From Pocillopora damicornis (lineage: Eukaryota): a DNA stretch of 64,000 nt. The DNA lies in the NCBI RefSeq assembly GCF_003704095.1, contig NW_020843379.1, positions 372,001-436,000 on the forward strand. The letters run 5' to 3'. The first letter of the stretch is position 1. Each line of letters opens with the position of its first letter. Position numbers and translations under genes: made by a program. The notes beneath the pieces were generated by a model. It worked only from the letters and a program-made list of their open reading frames with translations. It was not told the origin of the DNA and made no database searches. Positions 46,948 to 59,346 of the stretch are shown piece after piece.

Positions 46948-47373
46948 TTCTTCAAAAGATGAATAAATGATTCAAGAAAGCATTTGCTAGAAATTTTTAG
47001 CCCCAAAAAGCTTAAAAACAGGGACTAGATAGGTCTGTTATCATAAAGGTTGCTTTCACACCAATCCCAAGCCATGATGTGAAGATGTTTACTTACTATG
47101 AGTTATGGTTTTGCTGCAGTGCTCCTTGGAAGTGTCAGACATGGATGATGATTTCTTGTGTTCTTTAAAAGATGAATAAATGATTCAAGAAAGCATTTGC
47201 TAGAAATTTTTAGCCCCAAAAAGCTTAAAAACAGGGACTAGATAGGTCTGTTATCATAAAGGTTGCTTTCACACCAATCCCAAGCCATGATGTGAAGATG
47301 TTTACTTACTATGAGTTATGGTTTTGCTGCAGTGCTTCTTGGAAATGTCGGACATGGATGATGATTTCATGTG
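46948..47373. repeat. Tandem 213-bp duplication spanning the COPS2 splice acceptor and start codon
   Basis: Near-identical units offset by 213 bp (acceptor AG at 47118-47119 and 47331-47332). Confidence 0.9.
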
Positions 47374-48676
47374 TGATGATGATGAAGATTATGACCTGGA
47401 GTACTCTGAAGACAGTGCCTCCGAGCCTGATGTGGATTTGGAAAACCAGTACTACAATTCAAAAGCCTTGAAAGAAGATGATCCTAATGCCTCATTGCAA
47501 AGCTTTCAGAAGGTTTTGGATCTTGAAACAGAAAAAGGTGAATGGGGATTCAAAGCACTGAAACAAATGATCAAGATCAACTTCAAGCTGGGCCATTATG
47601 ATGAGATGATGACCCGCTATCAGCAGTTGCTCACATACATAAAGAGTGCTGTCACAAGGAACCACTCTGAAAAGTCTATTAATTCCATCCTGGATTACAT
47701 TTCGACTTCAAAGCAAATGGAGTTGCTACAGAATTTCTACGAGACCACACTGGAAGCCTTGAAAGATGCAAAGAATGACAGACTGTGGTTTAAGACAAAC
47801 ACAAAGCTAGGAAAGTTGTACTTTGACAGAGGGGAATTCACCAAGCTGGCAAAAATCCTGAAACAACTGCATCAGTCTTGTCAGACAGATGAAGGAGAAG
47901 ATGATTTGAAGAAGGGAACTCAATTGCTAGAAATTTATGCTCTGGAGATCCAGATGTACACAGCTCAAAAAAATAACAAGAAGCTTAAAGCTTTGTATGA
48001 ACAGTCCCTTCACATCAAATCTGCTATTCCACATCCACTTATTATGGGGGTGATCAGGGAGTGTGGCGGGAAGATGCACTTACGGGAGGGAGACTATGGA
48101 GCAGCTCACACTGATTTCTTTGAGGCTTTTAAGAACTATGATGAGTCTGGAAGTGGAAGGCGCACAACTTGCCTGAAATACCTTGTCCTGGCCAACATGC
48201 TTATGAAATCTGGTATCAACCCTTTTGACTCTCAGGAAGCAAAACCTTACAAAAATGACCCAGAGATTCTAGCCATGACAAATCTCGTCAGTGCTTACCA
48301 GAATGATGATATCAATGAGTTTGAGAAAATTCTCAAAACCAACCGCAAGAACATAATGGATGATCCCTTTATCAGGGAACACATCGAAGATCTCTTAAGA
48401 AACATCAGGACACAAGTGCTTATCAAGCTGATTAAGCCATACACACGGATCCACATTCCATTTATATCCAAAGAGTTGAACATTGATACAGAAGAAGTGG
48501 AAAGCCTTCTGGTACAATGTATACTTGACAATACCATTCATGGCCGCATTGATCAGGTAAATCAACTTCTTGAACTGAACAGAACAACACAGAGTGTTGA
48601 TAGGTTCCAGGGACTGGATAGGTGGACCACACAGTTAAATTCGCTTCACACTACAGTCGTAAACAAGATTGCCTAA
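47345..48676 (+). CDS. COPS2: COP9 signalosome subunit 2, core CDS in a single exon
   Basis: [65 protein letters not shown] and a PCI C-terminus; very close to animal CSN2. Confidence 0.97.
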   Translation: MSDMDDDFMCDDDEDYDLEYSEDSASEPDVDLENQYYNSKALKEDDPNASLQSFQKVLDLETEKGEWGFKALKQMIKINFKLGHYDEMMTRYQQLLTYIKSAVTRNHSEKSINSILDYISTSKQMELLQNFYETTLEALKDAKNDRLWFKTNTKLGKLYFDRGEFTKLAKILKQLHQSCQTDEGEDDLKKGTQLLEIYALEIQMYTAQKNNKKLKALYEQSLHIKSAIPHPLIMGVIRECGGKMHLREGDYGAAHTDFFEAFKNYDESGSGRRTTCLKYLVLANMLMKSGINPFDSQEAKPYKNDPEILAMTNLVSAYQNDDINEFEKILKTNRKNIMDDPFIREHIEDLLRNIRTQVLIKLIKPYTRIHIPFISKELNIDTEEVESLLVQCILDNTIHGRIDQVNQLLELNRTTQSVDRFQGLDRWTTQLNSLHTTVVNKIA

Positions 48677-51230
48677 GCAGCCATTTACATAATCAACAGT
48701 CAAACAGACAAGTAACTGTTAAGCAGGTGCCATAAATCTTGCTGTAAATGTGAGCTTCTTGGACACATGTCTGTTGTTAATAAATGAAGGTTTGTGTGGT
48801 GATTCCAAGTTAGAAGGCTCTATTTTTAGGGTTTTTTTTTTTCTTTTTTTTCTTTTTTTTCTTTTTTTTCTTTTTTTTCTTTTTTTTCAGTATATCACTT
48901 TTTTCTTAAAATCAATGTAGCATTGGGAAAAAAAGAAAATGAATGAAGATTGTTGTGATTTACAAAGGCAAAACCAGTGAAATAGTTGAGACAACAATAA
49001 TGAATGCCAGTATTTGGAATGTTAAACTTTGGTGTATGGCTGTAGTTGTAGTTTTTTGAGGGATCTTCTAGAAAACATTTCAAACATTTGGAACAAGCTT
49101 GTGGAACAGGCTAAGAGACAGTCAGTAATTGTGAATTCATTATTTGCATGTGTAATTTTACTCTGAGATGAAGTCACTCTAGCCTCTTTAAAACATTTTG
49201 TATTTTTGTTAGAGGTACTTTATCTGGCAAAATAATCAATACAGTAATACAATAAATGTTGTTTTTTCATGGTATAAGTGGAAATGTTACATGTATGTCT
49301 CCAGAATTGTCAATTAGAGTTAAGAGCCAGTCAAAACTACATTATATTCTGCTTCTTTTAGCTGGCTACTTTCGCCTCATTTTACCATAATTGTGGATGA
49401 AACTCATTCAGTTATACACCAATCAATTCAAAGATACAACCTTTCCCTCTTCCTTGGTCAACAGGCTTTTGACTGTTTTCTGTGCCCATGGGGGTAGGAA
49501 ATTTGAACCAGTACAGTCAAGTCTTAACTGTTCTGGTTCAACAAGTTTTTAAACCATAAAACTTGTTTTATCTTTTAAAACACAGGTGTTTAAAGGTAAT
49601 GAGTTAATTTTTTTTTTTTTGGAGGGGGGGCAGTGTTGTAGCTTCAAATTGATCTCTGCACTATTGAAATACTGTCAAAGTATTTTAAACAGCAGTTATA
49701 TCCCAGTTTTGAGTGCAATTAAATGCATTTAGGTAAACTTCTGTGACAGGTTCATATCTATGGATCAATTTAAGTAATAATTTGGAACAAGGTTTGTGCA
49801 AATTTTGTGGAATGCTTGGAAAATTTTTATGGAATAGTCCTCGGTTGTTGCTGTAATCTAACAAATTAACATAATGTTACAATTTGCCTTTTCTTATTTG
49901 TCTTCTCCTTTTAAAGTTTGAGAGCTCTATGCATGATCTTTAAGAATCGATCATCAAAGATGCCCAAACTCTAGTTACATGAAGTAAGGTGATTTTAATA
50001 CACCAAAGCACAAATTTTCTATGTAGCTTGCAAAATGTTTGTTGATGTTTTTAAAGAAAACTCATGAAATGAAAGGACACTAATTAAGTTGCTCCGACTA
50101 TCCACAGAGTTATTGTACTTAAATAATGATTCTATTTAATACTTTGACCCCTAGAAGTGACTAACATCTAATTTCTCCTCACAATATCAACCCTGAATCA
50201 AACATTAAGGTCATGAGAATAAAGGAAATGATCACCAACTAAAGAAGCTCTTGGTTGTTTAACAAATTATCATTGTCAGCACCTCAGGAAATATATAGAG
50301 AACAGTATGAATAAGATGCATAATAGTGTTGAAGTGTAAAGGATATATTAACCTTGTACTTCAAGATACGCCTTCAAAGTCTCACAATTGATATGATTAA
50401 GGAAATCATGCCACTAGACTGTCAAATTTGATTCATTCTTGCCTTGGTCCTATGGGCAATGAAATAAAAATTTTTCTTCACCTGTTTAGCAATATGGTCA
50501 CCTCGGCCAACCGTAATATGATTTTATTAAACTCTGCAATTTATGTACTTGAATTTAAGATGTCACTTTTATTGTTGTTACTTAAACCTTATACTCCCAG
50601 TAGTGATTTACATGTAATTTCTCCCTGAAATATCTCTACATTATCTTGTAGACAAGTAGTGAGAATACCCAAACTTATCAAGTAGAAATTGCTACCTTGA
50701 TATAACCCCACGTTGTAGAAAATTTAAAAGGAAATGTGTAGCAGCGAGATGGGAAAATTAGTTTAACCAGATCTTGGGAGTGAAAAGGCTAAATGAAAGA
50801 AAATGTAGTATTGTGTGGAAGCACCAGATTTCGTTTGAAGTTCTCTTTGTCACTTCTATTTTCCTGTATTTAAAAGATTAGAAGGCAGTCAAAGGGCTGC
50901 TGGAATTTCTGTCCTGTGTACCAAACATAATTTAAACAAAAGCAAACATGTCTGAAAACTTTTTGAAAAGGACTTTGTAGAAATAGCGCGTGCTAACCAG
51001 AGTTAGAAGGGGCAAAAAGAGTGAAATAAGAATTACCGCAATATCCAGCTAGATACATGTAAGTGCCAAGAAAATTTTAACTTTAAAGCACTCAAGAAGG
51101 CAAGGCGGTTTCCCGATATGGATTAATAAATTATGTTCTCATTCAGCGCAACTCTCGGAAATGCTTTGAGATTCACTGCGCTTCGAATAGACTCTTGTTC
51201 TTGTCGCGTCTAGTAATTTTTGGCGTCGAC

Positions 51231-51480
51231 GCCATATTTTGGCGTCGGTCTTAAGATCCTACAGTGACGACTTGTTTCTCTCAAATCTCGGTGACTTCAC
51301 AAGTCTGAGGCCATATTTTGGCGTCGGTCCCAAGGAAGATCCTTCAGTGAAGATTTGTTTCTCTCAAATCTCGATGACTTCCGAGTCTGAGGCCATATTT
51401 TGGCGTCGGTCCTAAGTAAGATCCTTCAATGAAGACTTGTTTCTCTCAAATCTCTGTGACTTCACAAGTCTGAGGCCATG
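51231..51480. repeat. Three tandem units of ~79-83 bp
   Basis: GCCATATTTTGGCGTCGGTC...GATCCT.CAGTGAAGACTTGTTTCTCTCAAATCTC...AGTCTGAG, starting at 51231, 51310 and 51392. Confidence 0.9.
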
Positions 51481-52693
51481 TTTAGAAATTGAAATATAGG
51501 CAATAGCAGTATAGATCCTCGCTATGAAAACAAGTCAGTTCTGTTTCTTTTTTTAATCTTAAAACAGGTAAACCCGCTGAAACAAAAGTAGTCTCTCGGG
51601 AGCTATAACTATCGGGATTTTCGAGTGACGGGCTTCAGGAGATAGTACTGGGTATCATTGATTTGTTAAATACTAAGGGTAACACGTAAAGGATAACACA
51701 GTGGTCACACGTCTGCGCATGTGTGAACTTTGTAATGACTACGTGCCTGATTAAATGACTTGCTTTCAGTCTGTCAGAACCATGTTGTCTTACACGAGTT
51801 ACAAACAACCACAAAAACCAGTAAGTCACGGTGTTTAAAAAGCGTATTTTTTTGGGTAAATCTTAGAACAGAATGGTGTATCTGTACTTGAATAGGCTTT
51901 GTGCACGAAAAGTGTCAAAGTCTACTTTTGTTTCCTCTTTTTCTTTCACTTTTTTTGGTTGTTCCTTTGAAATTCTCAGCGGGAAATTACTGCACGGTCG
52001 GCCAGATTTGATCCCGTCGCGCATGCCCGACGTTTGCCCGGATGTATGTACTGAGAAAGTGTGATTGTGTCCAGCGGACCGATTTCCAATCCTCACTGGA
52101 ACCTTCTTTTTGCCTAGAAATGTTATTTATTATACTCGCATTAATGAGGAAAATGAAAGGTTAGAGGAAGCTTTCATTTAATAATTCTTAATGAATCAGA
52201 CTAAAATTACAATGGTATTTGGATAAGCCTTATCTTTCATCGTCCACGTAATTATGGGTTATCAATTTTCATTGATACTAAGAATTTTTCCGTCATACAT
52301 ATTTACAAATTAAATGGATATAAATATATACACACTACATTTATATGCTCTTTTCCATGATGTTTTTTCCTTTTTAGTTTGAACTAATTGCAACTTTTAT
52401 AACCATCCATAACCGACTCAGTGAGTAAGGTTCTTCAAAACCAAGCAGATTTTTGAACTAGCTAGCTTTCTCTGACGTCAGTTTAATTCCCTTTCGGCCT
52501 AAATGGCTTTATGACTATACATCACAGTTAAGGTGGCACTGCACAAGGACTTTCTCTCGGCCTACTATTAACTTAAGCTTACTAAATCGTAATTGATCTT
52601 CAAAAATTGGGCGTTAACTGCTTTCCCGCAGCAATTTCGTGCTTTTTTTCACGCAACCCGATTTTCAAGGTGTCAGTTTCCATAAACTTGTCC

Positions 52694-53638
52694 TCATTCT
52701 AAACCAGTATCACTTGTTTGCTCGCTGCGATATCGATATTGCCTGATCGTTTTCTTCACAGCATGCCTGACTTCTCTGATGCGCCAATAATAAAGCACTG
52801 GGTTCAGAGATGAATTGAAGAAGATTAAGGTGGCCGTGAATCCCTCGGCGACAGGCCAGACATTACCAGTAACAGCCTTCAACCCTGACACTATACTGTA
52901 CGGCAGATAACAGATCAGTAGTGTTAAATGAACCCAAAGCGCGCTTGATACGGTTTTCTTGTACCGCGCCATGTTCATTGGAGGGTTTTTATTTTCAAGT
53001 CCCTGGTTTAAAACGTTCTGGATTTTTGCCTGCTGCGCACAGAGTGTGTGGCAAATTTTTGCATAGCAAAACGTGGAAATAATAACACAAGTAAATATAC
53101 CTATGAGACAAACAAGATAGAAGAGATATCTATTCCTCAAGAATCGCGCAAAGCCATTTGCGATATTTACCGCCCAGAAAAATATCACAAATCTACGGAC
53201 CCGCGGAGCAGTCACAGTTTGTCGGTATCGCATTCCGAGCGACAAGGCGAGTAATCTGTCGACACTGATGAAGGTTAGAATAAAGAGAGACACTCCGCTT
53301 AGAACTGCACTTGTGATGTAGGTCACTTCCACGGTGAATTGGTAGATAGGCAAACGGTCAGTGAAAATAGAGATCGAATGCAGCGCTGCCAGTGGCTGAG
53401 AGATGAGACCGACGCACAAATCTGTGATCGCCAAATTGAGTATCAATAGGCGCGAAGGCGGATGAAAGCAGGATTCTCGTCGTAGCGCAATAAATATCAA
53501 CGTATTTCCAAGAGTGGCAGAGATGGAAAGGATAATATTTAAAACAGACAAAGCGACAAAAGAGTTGAAGACATGCGGAGAACTTTTGACCAGAAGGAAC
53601 AAGGGCGGTCGAGTTGCCACACTGTTGTTGTTCGCCAT
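52694..53638 (-). CDS. Class A (rhodopsin-like) GPCR, intronless; adenosine/melanocortin-receptor-like orphan
   Basis: Seven hydrophobic segments; GN in TM1, NLAITD, ISVDRL, CYLPY, NSSLNPVLYYWR. Confidence 0.92.
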   Translation of the reverse strand: MANNNSVATRPPLFLLVKSSPHVFNSFVALSVLNIILSISATLGNTLIFIALRRESCFHPPSRLLILNLAITDLCVGLISQPLAALHSISIFTDRLPIYQFTVEVTYITSAVLSGVSLFILTFISVDRLLALSLGMRYRQTVTAPRVRRFVIFFWAVNIANGFARFLRNRYLFYLVCLIGIFTCVIISTFCYAKICHTLCAQQAKIQNVLNQGLENKNPPMNMARYKKTVSSALWVHLTLLICYLPYSIVSGLKAVTGNVWPVAEGFTATLIFFNSSLNPVLYYWRIREVRHAVKKTIRQYRYRSEQTSDTGLE

Positions 53639-56558
53639 ATCGAAGACGAATTGTCACTAGCTTAATTTGAGGGTCTTTTTCATTTCATATGGAAAATAAA
53701 AGGAAGTAAGATCTCGAAAAATAGGTGGGATGGTTTATTTTAAGAGCGAAAGCTGTCAAGAATTTGTCAAATTGACTTTGAAACATGACGTTTGGTTGAC
53801 CATAACGATATCTTTTATCTCACTTCTTAATGAAATTAGGGTGATAACCTTCATTTTTAATGAAAAACAAAGCATAAATCACTCGCCATTTAATTGGAAT
53901 AGACCACTCTGAATCTTTGAATCATTCTTCTTTTTCTTTCTTTTTAGGTGTGGCGGAAAGCAACGTTTTTTAGCCAAAATTAGTGATTTCAAAAAGTTGA
54001 CATACTTGCTTGAGTTTTGCGTCTTCTTTTGTAAACAAAGAGCAAATTATAATAATTCTTAACTGCTTTTGCTTTTAGACGCAGTTAAAAGAGTAATTTT
54101 TGAAACTGATGTCTGTATGCCAATTGTTAGCAGCAACAGAATTTTTTTTGTCTGAATGTGCCTTTGTAACTGGCGGAAAATGTCCTTCGTTTTGGCAAAA
54201 TACCAGAGTCGCAGCTTCATTTTCGAAGTAATCTTTAAAATTCTTCCTTGATTTTTATTTCACTTTCAGAGACTTGCATTTATTCATGGAATGATTACAT
54301 TTAGATAGAGCATAGGGACAATGCTTTGACCAAAAGGTAAACATCTTCACCTACTGTTATTTAACAAGAGTGGGCGTGTCCCTATTTCATCAATGTCTTC
54401 CTTTCGGTAAGTCAAATGATCGAACTGGAGTATGACTTCTGTGGTAACAACAAACCTTGATCTTCTGACTTGTGCCTGTCGTCATCTGTTGCCTAAAATG
54501 TGGCGAGCTCCCATTTCGGTGCTTTTATTCACATTTAAATTTCCATTGATTAATCGAGGAGTTAACGGAAAAAAAGTTTTACTTGTTGACCGTTTTCCAG
54601 AGACGTAATGGCGATCTTACTCCTCAGATTCATTTATATAAGTTATTCAATCGATACTTATAATCTTTTTTCAACAATTTGGCTTTTTCTCTTTCCAACG
54701 TATGAATCGATGGAATCGTAATTTGAATAACATTCAGGTGCCAGGATTTAATTCCCACGACTAGATATTTTGACAAAAATCCATAATCTGATGACTTGGT
54801 TTGGATTATCTGCAATTCACAAAGAAAACCTGATCACACGAGAGGATCAGATTTTCTCTGAAAGCACAAAAAAAAAGAAGAAGAAAGCAAACAGTGACAA
54901 ATGGCGACATGAATAAACTTGCGCGCGTCTGGCCTTACAGTGCAACTTTGAGCAAATAAAGAGAATGAATTTTAATTTAATCTTCTTTACCTCATCATAA
55001 AAGCTATTTACTGATGGGCGGAACTAACAACGTTTTTTTTTTTTAAATTAACTTATTTGCTGACAAATATTTATGGCCGCAAAATTGAAAGGGCACAAAA
55101 AAGGGAGCCAGCAACCGACATTTAATTTTAGCCACGACATTATTGCAGAATGGCTTCGCGTCAACGAAAGGTTTAATTTTTAAAAAACGCAGATGTTTGG
55201 AGTGCGAGCTAATGAGGCCAATGCTGTTATTTTTAAACTGTTGAAACCGTTTTTTTTTTAATCCTTTTGGATATATTGCTAGTGTATTAGCAATTTCTGC
55301 ATAGTTGAGTGAACCGCAAGTTTAAGGGCTTTTTTCGAAATGGATGCCGGTATTTGAGTCTGTGAAAGGCAATATTAGAATGTTTAGTGAATGAGAAAAA
55401 CTTAATAGCGTTGAAGAGTTTATGCAATGATTTTAAGGAATATTAACTCTTTGCTAACATTTGTCAATTGGCATGTTCGAAATTGTATTGGAACTATGAT
55501 AAATTGATAATTTTGATCGTAATCAAATTTTCGCGTTAAATGCAATTCGATGTCGTGAAAATTTCCTGATAGCATCTAAGGCGAATTAAAGAACCCTTTT
55601 TCCGTCCATAAGATTTCCTTCAAGTCATTTCTTTTTAGACAAACACCACTGCAACCTCTTTTTGATCAGCCTTTCCCATTCTTCGGTGCCCAGTCCTGCG
55701 ATCTCACTGCTGTTGAAATTTCCAAACTTTTGCCAAACGCCAGCTAACTTTGAAATCCAAAATGAAAATCTTAAGGCAATACAAATGGCAAACTTCTCTT
55801 TTTATTCAAACCTCCATCGCTTACAAATCTGCTTGTGCTAAAATCATGGCTGTCACTGCCTTTTAAATAATGCTGCCAAAATATTATTCAAACGATACTT
55901 TTTTTTCACAGTTAAACATAGAACTCAGAAGAGTTGATGAGATGAAGCCAACAAATGGAGAGTTGGTAAGACATTTCCAAATGCTATTCATTACTTAGCG
56001 GAAATTAAAATTTTGGGGAAAGACCACTACGTAGAAAAAGCTGGGAGGCATTTTAAGTTTTTTTTCCTTTTTACCTCAACAGCCTGACTCTGAAAACCCA
56101 TTTTAATACCCCTTGTTTTCCATGTGCTCCAAACCTTTCTTCGACGCGTTAAAATTTGGATAATTTTCAATTCGAACTTAGTTCGATCTCCGAGTCGATA
56201 ACCTCGCGCTTTTTGTGAAAAAGAAAAATAAATTGACTTTATCCTAGATGTCAAAAAATGCCCCCATATGATGAAAAAAAAAGCATATGGACTCAAGTGC
56301 CATGAAAGATTTTGACCAATTACAGTGCACGTCTGTGTCATGCTGTGAAGTGACGTGATGTGGTAACAAAGTTCAATTTGGTTGCCTCGCAAACGTGCGT
56401 TTCTCCGCAGCATGCTGAAAGTGAAATGTTTATCAGAGGTGGGCTATCGGGAAATTTTCAAAAACTGTTCAAATATGTGGGTCGACTAATTTTACTATGA
56501 AAACAACAACTACAAAAATCGTCTGCGAATCAGGGCGAACCTGCTTCTAATTTTCAAG

Positions 56559-57473
56559 ATGGTAAATGAAACGGTGGCTTTGTTTATTCGCTCCAAAACT
56601 ACGCCATACGTTTTCAATTCCTTCATCGCACTGGCTTGTCTAAATATGGTATTGTTCTTTACGGCGAGTTTTGGAAACATCTTGATTGTACTCTCTTTAC
56701 GAAAGGAATCTCTACTTCATCCACCTTCGAGACTTCTTTTGCGTAATCTAGCCTTGACGGATCTGTTCGTTGGTCTCTTCACTCATCCATTAGCTACCCT
56801 GCACTCCATTTCCATTCTTGTTGAAAATGTGCCAATTTTTCAGTTCACTGTGCGGTCGAGTTATGTTAGCAGTGCCATCTTAAGCGGAATGTCTCTCTTT
56901 GTACTGACCTTGATCAGTGTGGACAGATTACTCGCTCTCTCTCTCGGGATGAAATACAGGCAAGAGGTGACTGCGAGACGTGTTCGTGGTTTTGTGATAT
57001 TTTTCTGGGTGTTAAATACTGCGAATGGTCTTGCACTGTTGTCTCGGGAGCGATTTGTCTTTTACATATTCAGTGCATCGAGCATCTTTCTTTGCATGAT
57101 AATTTCGACTTTTTGCTACGCGAAAATTTACCGCATCCTTCGTTTGCAAGAAATGAAAGTTCGCACCACTTGTTCCCAAAAACAAAAAAACAAAAACTCT
57201 CTGCTTAGCGTCAAGCGCTACAAGAATACTGTGTCAAACGCGCTTTGGGTTCACTTGACATTGCTGGCTTGTTATTTCCCGTACAGTATAGTGTCGGGAT
57301 TAAAAGCGGTGACTAAAGAAACTTGGGCAGTCGCTGAAGGCTTCACTGGGACTCTGATATTCTTCAATTCATCACTGAATCCTCTTCTTTATTATTGGCG
57401 CATTAAGGAAGTGAGACAGGCTTTATTGGAAATGATCAGGCAATACCGAAGTTTACTTTTGAGGGAAACTTGA
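56559..57473 (+). CDS. Class A GPCR, intronless; paralogue of 52694-53638
   Basis: GN, NLALTD, ISVDRL, CYFPY, NSSLNPLLYYWR; long stretches identical to the neighbour. Confidence 0.92.
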   Translation: MVNETVALFIRSKTTPYVFNSFIALACLNMVLFFTASFGNILIVLSLRKESLLHPPSRLLLRNLALTDLFVGLFTHPLATLHSISILVENVPIFQFTVRSSYVSSAILSGMSLFVLTLISVDRLLALSLGMKYRQEVTARRVRGFVIFFWVLNTANGLALLSRERFVFYIFSASSIFLCMIISTFCYAKIYRILRLQEMKVRTTCSQKQKNKNSLLSVKRYKNTVSNALWVHLTLLACYFPYSIVSGLKAVTKETWAVAEGFTGTLIFFNSSLNPLLYYWRIKEVRQALLEMIRQYRSLLLRET

Positions 57474-57669
57474 ATTTGAAAATTGTAGGGTTCTGGTTTG
57501 ACTACGGTTCTATTTTTTTCATCTCAAACTCTGTTAGCCTCTAGTTACAGGTTGGAAATTACACAAGTCTCTTGGCATGATAGGTTGGCTAACGTTTGGA
57601 AAAATTAACGAATTGCTAAAGTCTGCAGCGCATTTTTTGTTCAGCTTGCAACATCAATTGAAAAAAATT

Positions 57670-58085
57670 TGTAAAGCTTTTTTTCTTATATGATCACATC
57701 ATGAGGGTTTTATTCACAGAGGCAGACCGCTTAAAAACCACTTTCTATACCATGATAAAGGATCCCACGTGAAGGTAATGCTTAGAAATGGCTTTCATCT
57801 AAATAGTAACTCTCTGAGCCTTTCTTCACAAGCTTGAAAATCAGTAAAACTTCCTAGCTGGTACAATTTGTTATGCAGCACCACACGAAGGTATTGCCCA
57901 ATAGCTTCCATATGAATGATCACATGCACTTTAGGGTATCATTCACGAATTCTTTAGTTGGAACCACTTTGTAAAGCATAAAACTGATTTGAAGAGAACC
58001 ACACTTGGATACTATTCAAAAGCTTCCATTCAGTAAATGAAATAGGTTTTCATTTATCCCTAGACACAAAAGCTAAAATAAAGTT
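57670..58085. repeat. Degenerate tandem repeat (~110-120 bp unit, about 4 copies)
   Basis: Recurring CCACA/CG.GAAGGTA...A.AGCTT.CAT....ATG.TCAC...AGGGT.T.ATTCAC...AACCACTTT. Confidence 0.45.
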
Positions 58086-59346
58086 GTAAGCGAAATTGAA
58101 ATAGTATTGTGTAAATGTGTTGTTTATCGTAAAATTTGCAATGATTAATTACAGGAACAGTTATTTGGTTGCTAGGGAAGTTAATCGTAAATCCATCACT
58201 GCACCTTCTATACGCAAGATGCAGAGATGGATCACCCGGCGAGGTTTCATTTACAAATCACACGTAGAAAATGGATAATTAATTGACGTTTCTAAAAAAC
58301 GTGCCCTTTTATTCAACAATTTTGCTTTCAATTATCTTGAGAAGTTTCTGTTTGATATGTATAGTGGCACTTAATTAGATGATGTACGATTCATCATGTT
58401 TGTGATTTTGCTGAATTCAAGTTTTTTATCTTTCTAAAAATAGAGAAGGAATGCTTAAAAGTGTCCTTAAGTGATTTTCACAGTGATGCAACAAAATAAA
58501 AGTCATTAAGGTTTCGAAATATGCTATACAACAAAGTGTGAACTTAAACGCAATTTGTGAGCGATGTCTTCCGGCAAAATCATTTCGCGCGACTTTGAAA
58601 TGAAATTGTCTTCCGCTTCTTCGACATACCGCCAAGAGGGGATTTTCTGGCGTTCTTGTTATAGTATATCTGGTTAACACGAGCAGGAAGGTTTTCTTAG
58701 TTTTGAAGCTTGACACTTGAATTTTCCATTCATTCCATTATGACCTGCAAGTAATTAATTTAAAGGAATACCTTATGTTAGCTTCGGCGAGGACTAAACA
58801 ACGAAACGTCGGTTTTAATCAACGGTGTCTAATGAGCCCGCAATCTTGATCATTTTTTAGTTCAGCCGCACAAATGTTTTACCGTTTTCTACTACGTGTA
58901 AAAAGAGCAGCTTTGTTACGTTTGTGCTGTAATAATGTTTCTGAAATCATGATACCTTGTAGGAGCGTGCTTGCTGAGTGTTTCGACCTCCCTCCGGCTA
59001 AATTTGGTGCGCGCAGTGTTTTCCTTTAGGAAGACTTCATCAGGGGAGAGCTTTCAAACTGATGACATAAATATAAATTGAAGAGCTGACGATGGCCAAT
59101 CAGAGCAAAGGAAAACATTAAAAGAAGCTTATGAGAACTCAGAGTCTTTTCGAGAACTGAAAACGTAAGAGAAAAACCAATTTACGTTTTTCCTTTTAGT
59201 CTTGTATTAGATTGGTTGAGAACTTGACACGAGTTCCGTCCAACTCTCGACTCCCATCCGAAAATTGCTTGATTAAACGTGAACACAACTACAGTTGTGT
59301 GAAACACATGCCTTTAAGATACTCCGCTATTTGCATTTTAGCCAGG

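Noticed and set aside
51231-51480. CRISPR-like array
   Set aside because: Whole units repeat with no unique spacers; eukaryotic context and no cas genes.
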